Position numbers and translations under genes: made by a program
Assembly (NCBI RefSeq): GCF_029222705.1
Contig: NZ_JARGZF010000001.1
Location: 88,437 to 120,436, forward strand
Direction of reading: 5' to 3'
Length of the DNA stretch: 32,000 bases
DNA from: Knoellia sp. p5-6-4
GTDB lineage: Bacteria; Actinomycetota; Actinomycetes; Actinomycetales; Dermatophilaceae
In this document: positions 15,319 to 24,172 of the stretch, piece after piece
Layout of the letters: each line of letters starts with the position of its first letter
Numbering within the stretch: position 1 is the stretch's first letter
The notes under the pieces: generated by a model
Databases searched by the model: none
Seen by the model: only the letters and a program-made list of their open reading frames with translations
Told to the model about the DNA's origin: nothing

Positions 15319-16107
15319 TCAGGCCAGGACGGCTGCCGGCGCCGGGAACGGCGTGCTGTTGACCACGGCGAGCTGCCGCAGGGTCTGGCGGCACAGGGCA
15401 GCCAACCCGCGACGGTCGAGCCGCTCGCACACCCATTCCCAGTGGAGCGAGCACCAGTCGCCCGCCGAGACGCCCCCGGCGAGCCCGAGGCCGTCGACCC
15501 GCAGGAGGGCCCGCTCCTCGCGCTCCTCGCCCAGGTGCAGGCGACGGCCGTCCCAGCACAGCGGCCGCGACCGGACGACCGCCTCCGGCCCCCGGACCTC
15601 CATCACGTGTCCCCAGCGCACGCGGCAGCGGTCGAGCACGTGCAGCGGCTCGTCCACCCGGCCCTCGCGGAGCAGCCCCAGCCAGGGGTAGACACCGAAG
15701 ACGTGGAACGAGTGGTGCGGCACCGCACCGGCAGGCACCGCGTCGACCAGCCTCGGCCAGGAACGCCGGCCGGCACGGTCGCGGAAACGCGCCTCGAGCG
15801 AGTCCCCGAGCAGGCGTGGACCCACCCGGTCCAGCAGCTCGTTCCCGACCCAGTAGGCCTCGACGACGCGCGCGTCGAGGGGGTCGCCGATCCGGTTGGC
15901 TGCGGCGATGAGCTCGAGGTAGGGCCACGCGCCCTCGAACCCGCGGGCCAGCCGTCGCAGGTCCGGGTCGTCGACCCCGGCCGCGACCTGCTCGAGCAGC
16001 TGCTGCGCCGCGTCGGGCCCGCAGTAGCCGAGCGCGTTCGGCGGGTAGGCGTACGCCGCGAACCGCAGGGCCCCGTGCAGCCCCGACGCTGCGCTACCCG
16101 CCGGCAC
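15319..16107 (-). CDS. DUF6390-like protein of unknown function with a HypC-like C-terminal half
   Basis: GTG 16107 lies inside track ORF 15319..16302 and overlaps the eamA-like stop by 14 nt. The N-terminal motif is LRFAAYAYPPNALGYCGPD. The C-terminal segment CRVRWGHVMEVRGPEAVVRS...GDWCSLHWEWVCERLD parallels the HypC encoded at 17023..17313. Confidence 0.65.
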   Translation of the reverse strand: MPAGSAASGLHGALRFAAYAYPPNALGYCGPDAAQQLLEQVAAGVDDPDLRRLARGFEGAWPYLELIAAANRIGDPLDARVVEAYWVGNELLDRVGPRLLGDSLEARFRDRAGRRSWPRLVDAVPAGAVPHHSFHVFGVYPWLGLLREGRVDEPLHVLDRCRVRWGHVMEVRGPEAVVRSRPLCWDGRRLHLGEEREERALLRVDGLGLAGGVSAGDWCSLHWEWVCERLDRRGLAALCRQTLRQLAVVNSTPFPAPAAVLA

Positions 16108-17026
16108 GGACCGTCCCGCTCTCAGGCACGGGCCGCGCCGCGCCCCTCCAGCCGAGCCACACCGCCGCCGCACCCCCGAGCAGCAGTGTGGCGAGCCACA
16201 ACGCCTGGGGCGCCAGCGCGGTGCCGTTGACGGCGGCGCCCAGGCCGGCTGTGACCGGTGCCGCGAGCACCAGCACGGCCGTGACGTCGACAGCTTGCGC
16301 ACGGGCGAGGGCGGCGAACCACGAGGCGACGTAACCGGCGAGCAGCAGACCGGTGACCAGAACCCACCCGAGCTGCTCCCGGGTCATCGACCCCAGGGCA
16401 CCCGCCTGGCCGGTGACCGCGAGCCAGGCCACGAGGGCCACCGAGCCCAGGCCCATCCGTGCCACGCCGACCGTCCACGACGACACGTCGTCCAGCAGCC
16501 ACTTGGCGACGACGACCTCCACCGACCACAGCAGCGTCGCGGCGAGGATCATGACGCCGGCGGCGCCGAGCTCGCCGGGCAGGCCGCCGGCCAGGCCCAC
16601 CTGCCCGACGACCAGCAGGCCGATGGCGACCCAGTGGCCCCACTGCAGGCGTTCCTTCAGCAGTGGAAGGGCCAGCAGCGCCACCCAGAGCACGAGGGTC
16701 TTGTGGATGAAGGCGGCCTGGGGCGACGACGCCCGGCTGAGCCCCTCGAAGAACAGCACGAACGGCACGCTGCCGCCGATCACCCCGACCGCCGCGAGGG
16801 CCAGCCACCGGCCGCGCGTGCGCGGCACGGTCAGGCGCGCCCCGGCTCGGGAGCCCAGCCCGACGACGGCGAGCAGCACGGCCGCCGCCACGAGGTTCTT
16901 GGCTGTCGTGTACACCGTGGCGTCGTCGAAGGCCTTGACGCCGTAGGCGTTCACGAAGACCGAGAAGCCGCTGATCGCGGCCGTGACGAGCGCGAGCAGT
17001 ATGCCGGTGCGGCGGGTGGTGTTCAT
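16094..17026 (-). CDS. EamA/DMT-superfamily transporter (10-TM type)
   Basis: 310 aa and highly hydrophobic, with two EamA-like halves (GILLALVTAAISGFSVFVNAYGVK...; ILAATLLWSVEVVVAKWLL...). ATG 17026 overlaps the hypC stop as ATGA. Confidence 0.85.
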   Translation of the reverse strand: MNTTRRTGILLALVTAAISGFSVFVNAYGVKAFDDATVYTTAKNLVAAAVLLAVVGLGSRAGARLTVPRTRGRWLALAAVGVIGGSVPFVLFFEGLSRASSPQAAFIHKTLVLWVALLALPLLKERLQWGHWVAIGLLVVGQVGLAGGLPGELGAAGVMILAATLLWSVEVVVAKWLLDDVSSWTVGVARMGLGSVALVAWLAVTGQAGALGSMTREQLGWVLVTGLLLAGYVASWFAALARAQAVDVTAVLVLAAPVTAGLGAAVNGTALAPQALWLATLLLGGAAAVWLGWRGAARPVPESGTVRAGG

Positions 17027-17313
17027 GGCTCCCTCATCTGTTCGGTGGGCTTAGCCTGTGCGGCGGTCCCTGCCTCTTCTGTGGTCTCTGCGAGCCGCGA
17101 CGGTGCGGTGGACCGCAGCGCTGCGGCCTCGTACGCCTCCTGCGGCGACAGCCGGCGCAGGGCGAAGCCGGAGTGGCACAGCAGCCAGTCGCCCGGAGCG
17201 ACGGCCCCGTCGAGGGTCAGCAGCGACACCGTCGCGGTGCGCACGGACGACCGCACCACGGCGGTGCCCACGTCCGGGGCCTCGAGCACCTCGGCCAGCT
17301 CACCCAGGCACAC
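17023..17313 (-). CDS. hypC: Hydrogenase assembly chaperone HypC/HupF family
   Basis: The GTG start at 17313 gives (M)CLGELAEVLEAPDVGTAVVRSSVRTATVSLLTLDGAVAPGDWLLCHSGFALRRLSPQEA. It has the N-terminal Cys2 and the GDW..H.GFA motif. Confidence 0.8.
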   Translation of the reverse strand: MCLGELAEVLEAPDVGTAVVRSSVRTATVSLLTLDGAVAPGDWLLCHSGFALRRLSPQEAYEAAALRSTAPSRLAETTEEAGTAAQAKPTEQMREP

Positions 17314-17851
17314 GGGCGGCTCCTTCCGGCGTGGTGGTCCCCTCCGACGCCTCCCGCACGACTGCGAGGACGCGGTCGACGGCGGTCGGCACGGCGGCGG
17401 CGACGGCGGGCGACAGTGGCGCGCCGTGGTCGAACGACGCCGCCTCGACACCCACCAGCACCACCCGGTCGGGCAGCCGGCGCAGCGCCCTGGCCAGCTC
17501 GACGGCGGAGGCCAGGCCGAACGCGTGGGTGCCACCGCGACCGGTCCGTCCCCAGGCAGACTCGCGCAGCCGCTCACCCAGCGCGCCCGTCTCGAGCACC
17601 GTCAGGGTGCCGGGTTCCGAGCCGGAGCGGACGGCGTCGACCACGACGGCGAGCTCGTGGCCCGACCACAGCTCGACCAGGTCGGTGGGGTCCTCGTGTG
17701 CGACGACGTCCACGCCCGGCACGTGGCACGCCGCGACCCCTCGCGCCACGACGACCCCCACGGCGTCATCGCCCCGGTGCGGGCTGCCCAGCCCCACCAC
17801 GAGCGGTCGGGAGGTGACCGGCCCCGTCGGAGCACCCCTCACGCCCGTCAT
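17300..17851 (-). CDS. [NiFe]-hydrogenase maturation endopeptidase (HycI/HoxW/FrhD family)
   Basis: ATG 17851 overlaps the large-subunit stop as ATGA. Sequence includes LVVGLGSPHRGDDAVGVVVAR...VVAHEDPTDLVELW...AVVVDAVRSG...PGTLTVL...THAFGL. Confidence 0.8.
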   Translation of the reverse strand: MTGVRGAPTGPVTSRPLVVGLGSPHRGDDAVGVVVARGVAACHVPGVDVVAHEDPTDLVELWSGHELAVVVDAVRSGSEPGTLTVLETGALGERLRESAWGRTGRGGTHAFGLASAVELARALRRLPDRVVLVGVEAASFDHGAPLSPAVAAAVPTAVDRVLAVVREASEGTTTPEGAARVPG

Positions 17852-19158
17852 CCCCGGTCCACCGTGAGGTCGAGGAAGTGGGTGGCACAGGAGATGCACG
17901 GGTCGTAGTTGCGGATGGCCTGCTCGCAGCGGTGCTGCAGCGCGTGGTCGTCGAGCTGGGACCAGCTCTGCACCATGGTGCGCAGGTCGGCCTCGACACT
18001 CGGCTGGTTCTGCGAGGTCGGCGGCACGATCTGCGCGTCGCGGATGATGCCCTCGTCGTCGAGGACGTAGCGGTGGAACAACACCCCTCGGGGCGCCTCG
18101 CTGGCGCCGAAGCCCTCGCCCGCCCGGGGCGGGACGGGCACGCTGGCCGGGCCGCTGCCCGTCCAGCCGTCGATGATGCGCAGCGCCTCGTGGTAGGCCT
18201 CCACCAGCTCGACGGCCCGGACGATGATCGAGCGGAACGGGTTGCGGCAGGTGTCGCCGAGCCCGGCCTCGCGGGCCGCCTCCCGGGCCACGTCGCTGAG
18301 CCGGTCGGCGTTCAGGGAGTAGCGGGCCAGCGGGCCCACGACGTAGGGGTCGGGTGAGCCGTCGAGGCGCGCGTGCAGGGCGTTGGAGTGGGGGACGTGG
18401 AACTCCTCGATGTGCTTCGTGAAGTCGCGCACGGCGAAGGCCCCGCCGGAGGACGTGACGACGCTCCCGGCCTCGATGGGGTACCCGCTCTCGGCCCGCA
18501 GTGCGAGGTACTCGTAGGGCTGCTCCAGGTCGGGGAACTCGAACCCGGCCACGAGCTTCACGGTCTGCACCGCCTCGTCGAGGGCCCGCTGCAGCCGGGG
18601 CCGCACGGCCCGCAGCTCCTCGCGGGTGGGGTACCGGTAGAACCCGCCGACCTTGACGTTGACGGGGTGCACCGATCGACCGCCGACGGTGTCCATGAGG
18701 TCGTTGCCGGCCTTCTTGATCCGCAGGCCCCGCTCGACCACGTCGGGGTGGTCGGCAGCCATCTCGACCGCGCCGTCGTAGCCGAGGAAGTCGGGCGCGT
18801 GCAGGAGGAAGACGTGCAGGGCGTGGCTCTCGATCCACTCGCCGCAGTACAGCAGCCGCCGCATGAGCCGGATCTCCTCCGGCACCTCCACCCCGCAGGC
18901 GTCCTCGACCGCCCAGCACGAGCTCATCTGGTAGGCCACCGGGCAGATCCCGCAGATGCGCGCGGTGATGTCCGGCGGCTCCGTGTGGGCGCGGCCGCGC
19001 AGGAACGCCTCGTAGAACCGGGGCGGCTCGTAGATGCGCAGCTGCACGTCGGTGACCGTGCCGTCGCGGTACTCGATGTGCATCGCCCCCTCGCCCTCGA
19101 CCCGCGCCAGGGTGCCGACGTGCATCACCTGGCCGCCGTCGGTGAGCTTGTGGCTCAT
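17848..19158 (-). CDS. [NiFe]-hydrogenase large (alpha) subunit, group 3b type
   Basis: Start at ATG 19158 (MSHKLTDGG...) inside track ORF 17848..19935. The N-terminal Ni-binding motif is [10 protein letters not shown] and the C-terminal motif is DPCISCATH, followed by a short cleavable tail FLDLTVDRG. Confidence 0.9.
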   Translation of the reverse strand: MSHKLTDGGQVMHVGTLARVEGEGAMHIEYRDGTVTDVQLRIYEPPRFYEAFLRGRAHTEPPDITARICGICPVAYQMSSCWAVEDACGVEVPEEIRLMRRLLYCGEWIESHALHVFLLHAPDFLGYDGAVEMAADHPDVVERGLRIKKAGNDLMDTVGGRSVHPVNVKVGGFYRYPTREELRAVRPRLQRALDEAVQTVKLVAGFEFPDLEQPYEYLALRAESGYPIEAGSVVTSSGGAFAVRDFTKHIEEFHVPHSNALHARLDGSPDPYVVGPLARYSLNADRLSDVAREAAREAGLGDTCRNPFRSIIVRAVELVEAYHEALRIIDGWTGSGPASVPVPPRAGEGFGASEAPRGVLFHRYVLDDEGIIRDAQIVPPTSQNQPSVEADLRTMVQSWSQLDDHALQHRCEQAIRNYDPCISCATHFLDLTVDRG

Positions 19159-19997
19159 GCGTCCTCCCCCTCTCCCGCCGGTGGCCCTCCCTGCTCGTGC
19201 CGCTCGCTCTCCCGGCGGAACGGCTCCGAGGCCGCGTTGAAGGTCCGGAAGATGCGCACTACCTCGGGCTCGCTCATCCCGAGCTCTCTGAGCCCGTGGG
19301 CGATCGAGACGGTGTTGGGTGTGTCCTGGGGGCCGAAGCAGCCGTAGCAGCCGCGGTCGAAGCTCGGGCACAGGGCACCGCACCCTGCCTGGGTGACCGG
19401 CCCGAGGCACGGCGTCCCGTGGGCCACGGTCACGCAGACGTTGCCCCGCCGCTTGCACTCGACGCACACGCTGTGCGACGGGATCCGCGGCTTGCGGTCC
19501 TGGATCGACGCGGCGAGCACCTCGAGCAGCTGGCGCTTGTTGATCGGGCAGCCGCGCAGCTCGAAGTCGACGGAGACGTGCGCCGAGATCGGCGTGGAGC
19601 GCGACAGCGTCGACAGGTACTCCGGGTGGGCGTAGACGATCGAGCGGAACTCGGCGACGTCGCCGAAGTTGCGCAGCGCCTGGATCCCGCCGGCCGTGGC
19701 GCACGCGCCGATGGTGATCAGCCGGCGCGACACCTGGCGCACGTGCTGGATGCGCTCGAGCTCCTCCGGGGTCGTGATCGAGCCCTCGACCAGCGAGACG
19801 TCGTAGGGCCCCTCCACCACCGCGCGGGTGGCCTCGGGGAAGTAGGCGATCTCCACCTCGCCCGCGAGGCGGAGCAGCTCGTCCTCGCAGTTGAGCAGCG
19901 TGAGCTGGCAGCCGTCGCAGGAGGCGAACTTCCACACGGCGAGCGTCGGCCGCGTACGTTCGGTGGCCGTTGCGTCGGATCGGTCGGTGACGGTCAT
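19155..19997 (-). CDS. [NiFe]-hydrogenase small (delta) subunit, group 3b type
   Basis: ATG 19997 (MTVTDRS...). Fe-S cysteines occur in [16 protein letters not shown] and [12 protein letters not shown]...[27 protein letters not shown]. The stop overlaps the large-subunit start as ATGA. Confidence 0.9.
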   Translation of the reverse strand: MTVTDRSDATATERTRPTLAVWKFASCDGCQLTLLNCEDELLRLAGEVEIAYFPEATRAVVEGPYDVSLVEGSITTPEELERIQHVRQVSRRLITIGACATAGGIQALRNFGDVAEFRSIVYAHPEYLSTLSRSTPISAHVSVDFELRGCPINKRQLLEVLAASIQDRKPRIPSHSVCVECKRRGNVCVTVAHGTPCLGPVTQAGCGALCPSFDRGCYGCFGPQDTPNTVSIAHGLRELGMSEPEVVRIFRTFNAASEPFRRESERHEQGGPPAGEGEDA

Positions 19998-19999
19998 GG

Positions 20000-20863
20000 C
20001 TAGAGCTCCGCCCGGGCCATCAGGGGCTCGAGGACGTCGTAGGTGAGCACCGGGCCGTCCACGCAGAGGAAGTACTCGCGCAGCTGGCAGTGGCCGCAGA
20101 GGCCGACCCCGCACTTCATGTTGCGCTCCATCGACAGCCGCAGCCGCGCCGGGGGGACGCCGCGGGCGCGCAGGGCCATCGCGGCATACCGCATCATGAC
20201 CTCCGGCCCGCACACGAGGGCCAGCGTGTTCACGGCGTCGAAGCCACCCCGCTCCACCAGCTGGGTGACCAGGCCGACCCGCCCCTGCCAGGCGTGCTGT
20301 CCGTTGTCGACGGTGACCTGCACGTCGACGGCGTGGTCGGCGGCCCAGCGGCGCAGGTCGTCACCGAAGAGGATGTCCTCGGGGGTGCGGGCGCCGTAGA
20401 GCAGCAGCACGCGGCCGTAGGACGCGCGGTCGGCGCACACCTCGAGGACGGCCGGGCGCAGGGGTGCCAGGCCGATGCCGCCGGCGACGAAGACGACGTC
20501 GCCACCGCGTCCGGACGACACCTCCCAGCCGGTGCCGAACGGACCTCGTATGCCGAGCTCGGCGCCGGGTGCGGCGTGCACCAGCGCCCGCGTGACCGCG
20601 CCGACGTTCCGAATCGTGTGCTCGAGGACCGCGGGCCGGGCCGGGTCGCCGCTGATGGAGATCGGCGCCTCCCCCGCGCCGAACGCCTGCATCATCGTGA
20701 ACTGGCCGGCGGCGAACGGCATCGGCACCCCGTCGACCGGCTCGAGCACGAGCGTCCAGGTGTCGCGGGTGTCCTGCCGGTGGCGCCGGACGACGAACGG
20801 CCGGGGCAGGAAGGGGTCGCGCGGGCGCGCTGCCCGGGAGCCGGCACCGGCCACCGCCGTCAT
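20000..20863 (-). CDS. Hydrogenase gamma subunit: FAD/NAD(P)-binding oxidoreductase with a C-terminal 2Fe-2S motif (PyrK/HydG-like)
   Basis: ATG 20863 (MTAVAGAG...). It carries [28 protein letters not shown] and C-terminal [12 protein letters not shown]. Confidence 0.85.
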   Translation of the reverse strand: MTAVAGAGSRAARPRDPFLPRPFVVRRHRQDTRDTWTLVLEPVDGVPMPFAAGQFTMMQAFGAGEAPISISGDPARPAVLEHTIRNVGAVTRALVHAAPGAELGIRGPFGTGWEVSSGRGGDVVFVAGGIGLAPLRPAVLEVCADRASYGRVLLLYGARTPEDILFGDDLRRWAADHAVDVQVTVDNGQHAWQGRVGLVTQLVERGGFDAVNTLALVCGPEVMMRYAAMALRARGVPPARLRLSMERNMKCGVGLCGHCQLREYFLCVDGPVLTYDVLEPLMARAEL

Positions 20864-21321
20864 ACCGGGGCTCCGTAGACGTCGAGCAGGCGGATGCGCG
20901 CGGAGTGCAGCCTGGTGGACATCACCTGCACCACCCGCTGCAGCATCGCGTAGCCGACAGCCGGGTCGGTGTCGCACTTGTCGCGCAGGCAGGCGCCGTC
21001 GAAGGCGATGGCGCTGGTCTCCTCGGTGGCCCGCGCGTCGAAGAGCCAGCGGTAGGGCGGCACGAGCCACGACCAGCCCACGACGTCGTCGGCGTGGGCG
21101 CTGTCGACGACCACCGGCGAGCCTGCGGGCGCATGCACCTCGAGGCTGACCCGGCCGTGCCGGATCACGTAGAAGGTGTCCGCCGGCTCGCCCTCGTGGA
21201 ACAGGTGCTGGCCCGGGTGGAAGTGCACGTTGACGGCGCACCCCGCGACCAGCGCGACGAGCGGCTCCGGCAGACCCGCGAAGAAGGGGTGCTGGGGAAG
21301 GTACTCGGCGATGGTCTGCAC
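20860..21321 (-). CDS. Stand-alone cyclic-nucleotide-binding (cNMP/CAP effector) domain protein, no DNA-binding domain
   Basis: 153 aa. Sequence: [52 protein letters not shown]...[37 protein letters not shown] 21321 has GGAGA 8 nt upstream. The stop overlaps the gamma-subunit start as ATGA. Confidence 0.8.
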   Translation of the reverse strand: MQTIAEYLPQHPFFAGLPEPLVALVAGCAVNVHFHPGQHLFHEGEPADTFYVIRHGRVSLEVHAPAGSPVVVDSAHADDVVGWSWLVPPYRWLFDARATEETSAIAFDGACLRDKCDTDPAVGYAMLQRVVQVMSTRLHSARIRLLDVYGAPV

Positions 21322-21334
21322 GGCGGTCGTCTCC

Positions 21335-22549
21335 TCACTCGGGCGCCGGGTCGGGCGGGCTCAGGGGTGCCGGGAGGTTCGAGCCGCGCACCCCGCGCAG
21401 AGCGGCCGCCTCCTCGGTGATGTCGATCCCGGCCGGGCACCAGGTGACACAGCGGCCACAGCCGACGCACCCCGAGGACCCGAACTGGTCGTGCCAGGAA
21501 GCGAGCTTGTGGGTCATCCACTGGCGGTAGCGGGACCGGGTCGAATCGCGGACGGTGCCGCCGTGGATGTAGGAGAAGTCCGCGTTGAAGCACGAGTCCC
21601 AGACGCGGTGGCGGTCGGCGGACTCCCCGCTGAGGTCGGAGACGTCCTCCACCGTGGTGCAGAAGCACGTGGGGCACACCATGGTGCAGTTGGTGCAGGC
21701 CAGGCACCTCGAGGCGACGTCGTCCCACCGGGGGCTGTCGACGCTGGCGTAGAGCAGGTCGCGGATCCCGTCGGTGTCGAGCCGGCGCCCCATCCGCTGC
21801 GCCGCCTGGTCGGACACGGCACCTGCCGCGGCCAGGTCGCCCGCGGCGGCCGCCGTCGCCCCGATCTCGTCGAGCAGGGCCCCACCCCGCTCGCTGCCGA
21901 CCTCGACGACGAACCGGTGCTCCGGTTCCAGCAGCTCGGTGAGGGACAGGTCGAACGGCGCCCCGCGGCCCTGCTCGGGCCGCGGTCCGGTGCCCATCGA
22001 CACACAGAAGCAGGTGCCGCCGGGGTCGGAGCAGGCGACCGCGATGACGAAGGCCCCCTCGCGGCGCTGGGCGTAGTGCGCGTCGGTGAAGCCGCGGCCC
22101 GTGAGCACGGTGTCGTGGATGCCGACCGCGCTGAGGTCGCAGGAGCGCACGCCGAGCAGGGCAGTGGGCCGCTGGTCGGCGCCGTCCTCGTCCTCCACGT
22201 GGGTCCCGCCGGTCGGGCTGCCCGGCGCGCCACCGACCTCGAAGCCGGTGCCGCCCGCCGTGCGCTGCCCCCGCCACAGCAGCTCGTCGGTCGGGAAGAA
22301 CACCGGTTTGGCCGACTGCGCCCCGGCGGCGAACCCGAAGAGTGCCTCGTCGTCCCGACGGCGCAGGCGATATCGGCCGGGCTCCTGGTCGTCGCCCCAG
22401 CCGCGCGGCAGGTCGGCCACCGCGGTGATCTCCGCGTTGACGACGGCACCGCCTCGCACCGTGGGGCCCATCACGCGGTAGCCGCGCGCGACGAGGGCGT
22501 CGAGCAGGGACTGCAGGCCGGTCTCGTCGATCAGCCGTGTGTCCACCAT
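21335..22549 (-). CDS. Hydrogenase beta subunit: 4Fe-4S cluster protein (HydB/AsrA-like)
   Basis: 404 aa. Cys clusters are [16 protein letters not shown] and [13 protein letters not shown], plus [14 protein letters not shown]. Confidence 0.85.
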   Translation of the reverse strand: MVDTRLIDETGLQSLLDALVARGYRVMGPTVRGGAVVNAEITAVADLPRGWGDDQEPGRYRLRRRDDEALFGFAAGAQSAKPVFFPTDELLWRGQRTAGGTGFEVGGAPGSPTGGTHVEDEDGADQRPTALLGVRSCDLSAVGIHDTVLTGRGFTDAHYAQRREGAFVIAVACSDPGGTCFCVSMGTGPRPEQGRGAPFDLSLTELLEPEHRFVVEVGSERGGALLDEIGATAAAAGDLAAAGAVSDQAAQRMGRRLDTDGIRDLLYASVDSPRWDDVASRCLACTNCTMVCPTCFCTTVEDVSDLSGESADRHRVWDSCFNADFSYIHGGTVRDSTRSRYRQWMTHKLASWHDQFGSSGCVGCGRCVTWCPAGIDITEEAAALRGVRGSNLPAPLSPPDPAPE

Positions 22550-22694
22550 GACGCCCCCCGCTAGGAGCCCAACGAGATCTCTCCCTCACCACGGTAGGCG
22601 GGTTCGTCCCCCGGCGAGGGCGGTTTGCCAAGGCCCGGGAAGAGGTCGTCGCCGCGGCGGTGCCGGATGCCCTGGCTGGAGTTACGCTGGCCGG

Positions 22695-23660
22695 GTGAGC
22701 CTGCTCACGGGACGGACCGGGCAATCCGGGAGCCACCTTGCGCTCGTCTACCACGGCGTCGACGAGTTCGTCGGCCGGGTGAGCGGGTACGTGCGCGCCG
22801 GGCTGGCCCTCGACGAGCCGGTGCTGGTGCTGGCCTCGCGCGAGAAGGTGGCGCGGGTGCGCGACGAACTGGGGGCCGTTGCGGCAGCCGTGGAGTTCGC
22901 CGATGCCGAGGTCGGCTACCACCCCCAGCTCCGGGCGACCTACGAGTGCCTGGACTACATCCAGCGACAGGGGGGCCGCCGCTCGCGGGTGGTGGCCGAG
23001 CAGGCTCTCGGCAGGCGCTCGCCCATGGAGGTGGCCGACTACCTTCGGATGGAGTCCGCGGCCAACGTGGTCTACCAGCCCTACCCCGTCGAGATCCTCT
23101 GCCCGTACGACGCCTCAGCCCTGAGCAGCGACCTGATCGAGGCGTGTCACCGCACCCACGCGGAGCTGCTGGAGGACGACGGGGCCCGGCGAAGTGCCTT
23201 GTTCGTCGACCCGCACCGCTTCATCCCGGACAGCACGACGGTGCCTGCGCCCCCGGCCTCCGCGCCCGCCATCAGCTGCCTCACGGGAGCCGACGTCCCC
23301 AGCGCGCGCCGCTTCGCGCGCGAGGAGGTGCGGCGGGCCGGGCTGCCCGACGACGTGGTCGACGACGTGGTCCTCGCCGTCAGCGAGCTGGTGTCCAACG
23401 CGCTCACCCACGGTCGTCCGCCTGCCCGCCTGGCGGTCTACACCGAGCACGCGCCGGGGCAGGTGCCGGTGCTGGTCTGCCACGTCCGCGACGACGGGGG
23501 CGGCCCCGTAGACGCGCTCGCCGGCTACGCGCCGCCCGCGGACCTCGGCACCAACGGCCGCGGCCTGTGGATGGCCCGGCAGCTGTGCGACTCCGTGGAG
23601 GTCAGCACCGACGGTGGGACGACCGACGTGCGCGTGCTGTCGCTGCTCCCGACTGGCTAG
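22695..23660 (+). CDS. MEDS-domain sensor fused to an RsbW-type HATPase_c anti-sigma kinase domain
   Basis: GTG 22695 lies inside track ORF 22539..23660. The N-terminus HLALVYHGVDEFVGRVSGYVRAGLALDEPVLVLASREKVARVRDEL is MEDS-like. The C-terminus is ARRFAREEV...LAVSELVSNALTHG...VRDDGGGP...GRGLWMARQLCD. Confidence 0.75.
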   Translation: MSLLTGRTGQSGSHLALVYHGVDEFVGRVSGYVRAGLALDEPVLVLASREKVARVRDELGAVAAAVEFADAEVGYHPQLRATYECLDYIQRQGGRRSRVVAEQALGRRSPMEVADYLRMESAANVVYQPYPVEILCPYDASALSSDLIEACHRTHAELLEDDGARRSALFVDPHRFIPDSTTVPAPPASAPAISCLTGADVPSARRFAREEVRRAGLPDDVVDDVVLAVSELVSNALTHGRPPARLAVYTEHAPGQVPVLVCHVRDDGGGPVDALAGYAPPADLGTNGRGLWMARQLCDSVEVSTDGGTTDVRVLSLLPTG

Positions 23661-24139
23661 GGCTGCACGGGGATGCGGGCGGCGAAGTCCTCCACCTTGT
23701 GCTGCCAGCCCTCCTCGAGCGGACCCTTCAGGCCCGTCACGAGCACCCTGTCCTCGGCGACCTCGGTGAGCCCCTTGGCCTGCAGCGCCTCGTTCATCAG
23801 GGGCCGCACCCGCTGCCACCGGGCCTGCTCCTCCTCGGTCGGCATCCGGCCCGTCTTCTTGTCCGGCTGGGGCGCGGCCTCCGTGGTCAGCAGGGCATAC
23901 CTCGTCCCGGGGGCGAGATCCACCTTCTTCAGGAAGCGCCGCATGCCGCCGATGGGACGTCCCATCCGCCCCGGTGAGCTGAAGAGGTAGAGGTCGGCCG
24001 ACGGCAGCTCCTGCGGCCGCACGTCACGGATGTGGTGCACCGCCACCGCTACCCCCCTGGCCTCCATTCGGTGCTTGAACTCCTGCGCCACCTGGGCGCC
24101 GTTCCCGTACTTGGACGCGTGGACGTACTCGATCCTCAT
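23657..24139 (-). CDS. Flavodoxin-like fold protein
   Basis: ATG 24139 (MRIEYVHASKYGNGAQVAQEF...ADLYLFSSPGRMGRP) follows the pattern of short flavodoxin-domain proteins. It lies 33 nt downstream of the STAS-like/kinase gene. Its stop shares the tetranucleotide CTAG with the convergent MEDS gene. Confidence 0.7.
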   Translation of the reverse strand: MRIEYVHASKYGNGAQVAQEFKHRMEARGVAVAVHHIRDVRPQELPSADLYLFSSPGRMGRPIGGMRRFLKKVDLAPGTRYALLTTEAAPQPDKKTGRMPTEEEQARWQRVRPLMNEALQAKGLTEVAEDRVLVTGLKGPLEEGWQHKVEDFAARIPVQP

Positions 24140-24172
24140 GCCTCCATGGGGACCGAGGGTGCACGGCACCCG

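Noticed and set aside
12773-15691. A 972-aa plus-strand ORF. Similar long shadows occur at 24444..26894 (-), 25343..26710 (-), 16295..17908 (+), 21165..22922 (-) and 2072..3172 (+).
   Set aside because: All lie opposite to, or out of frame with, genes that carry clear catalytic motifs (PP2C, P-type ATPase, EamA, hydrogenase beta, PKS). They have low-complexity Arg/Pro/Gly translations.
22550-22694. DosR-type (GGGAC-N4-GTCCC) or CRP-type (TGTGA-N6-TCACA) operators in the hydrogenase, ATPase and PP2C upstream spacers (also 24995-25139 and 15251-15318).
   Set aside because: Only half-site-like fragments are present (for example GGGGACGAA on the minus strand near 22605, and CCCGTG-N11-CACGGG near 25107-25129). 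No full palindrome was found, and it cannot be evaluated without a motif scan.
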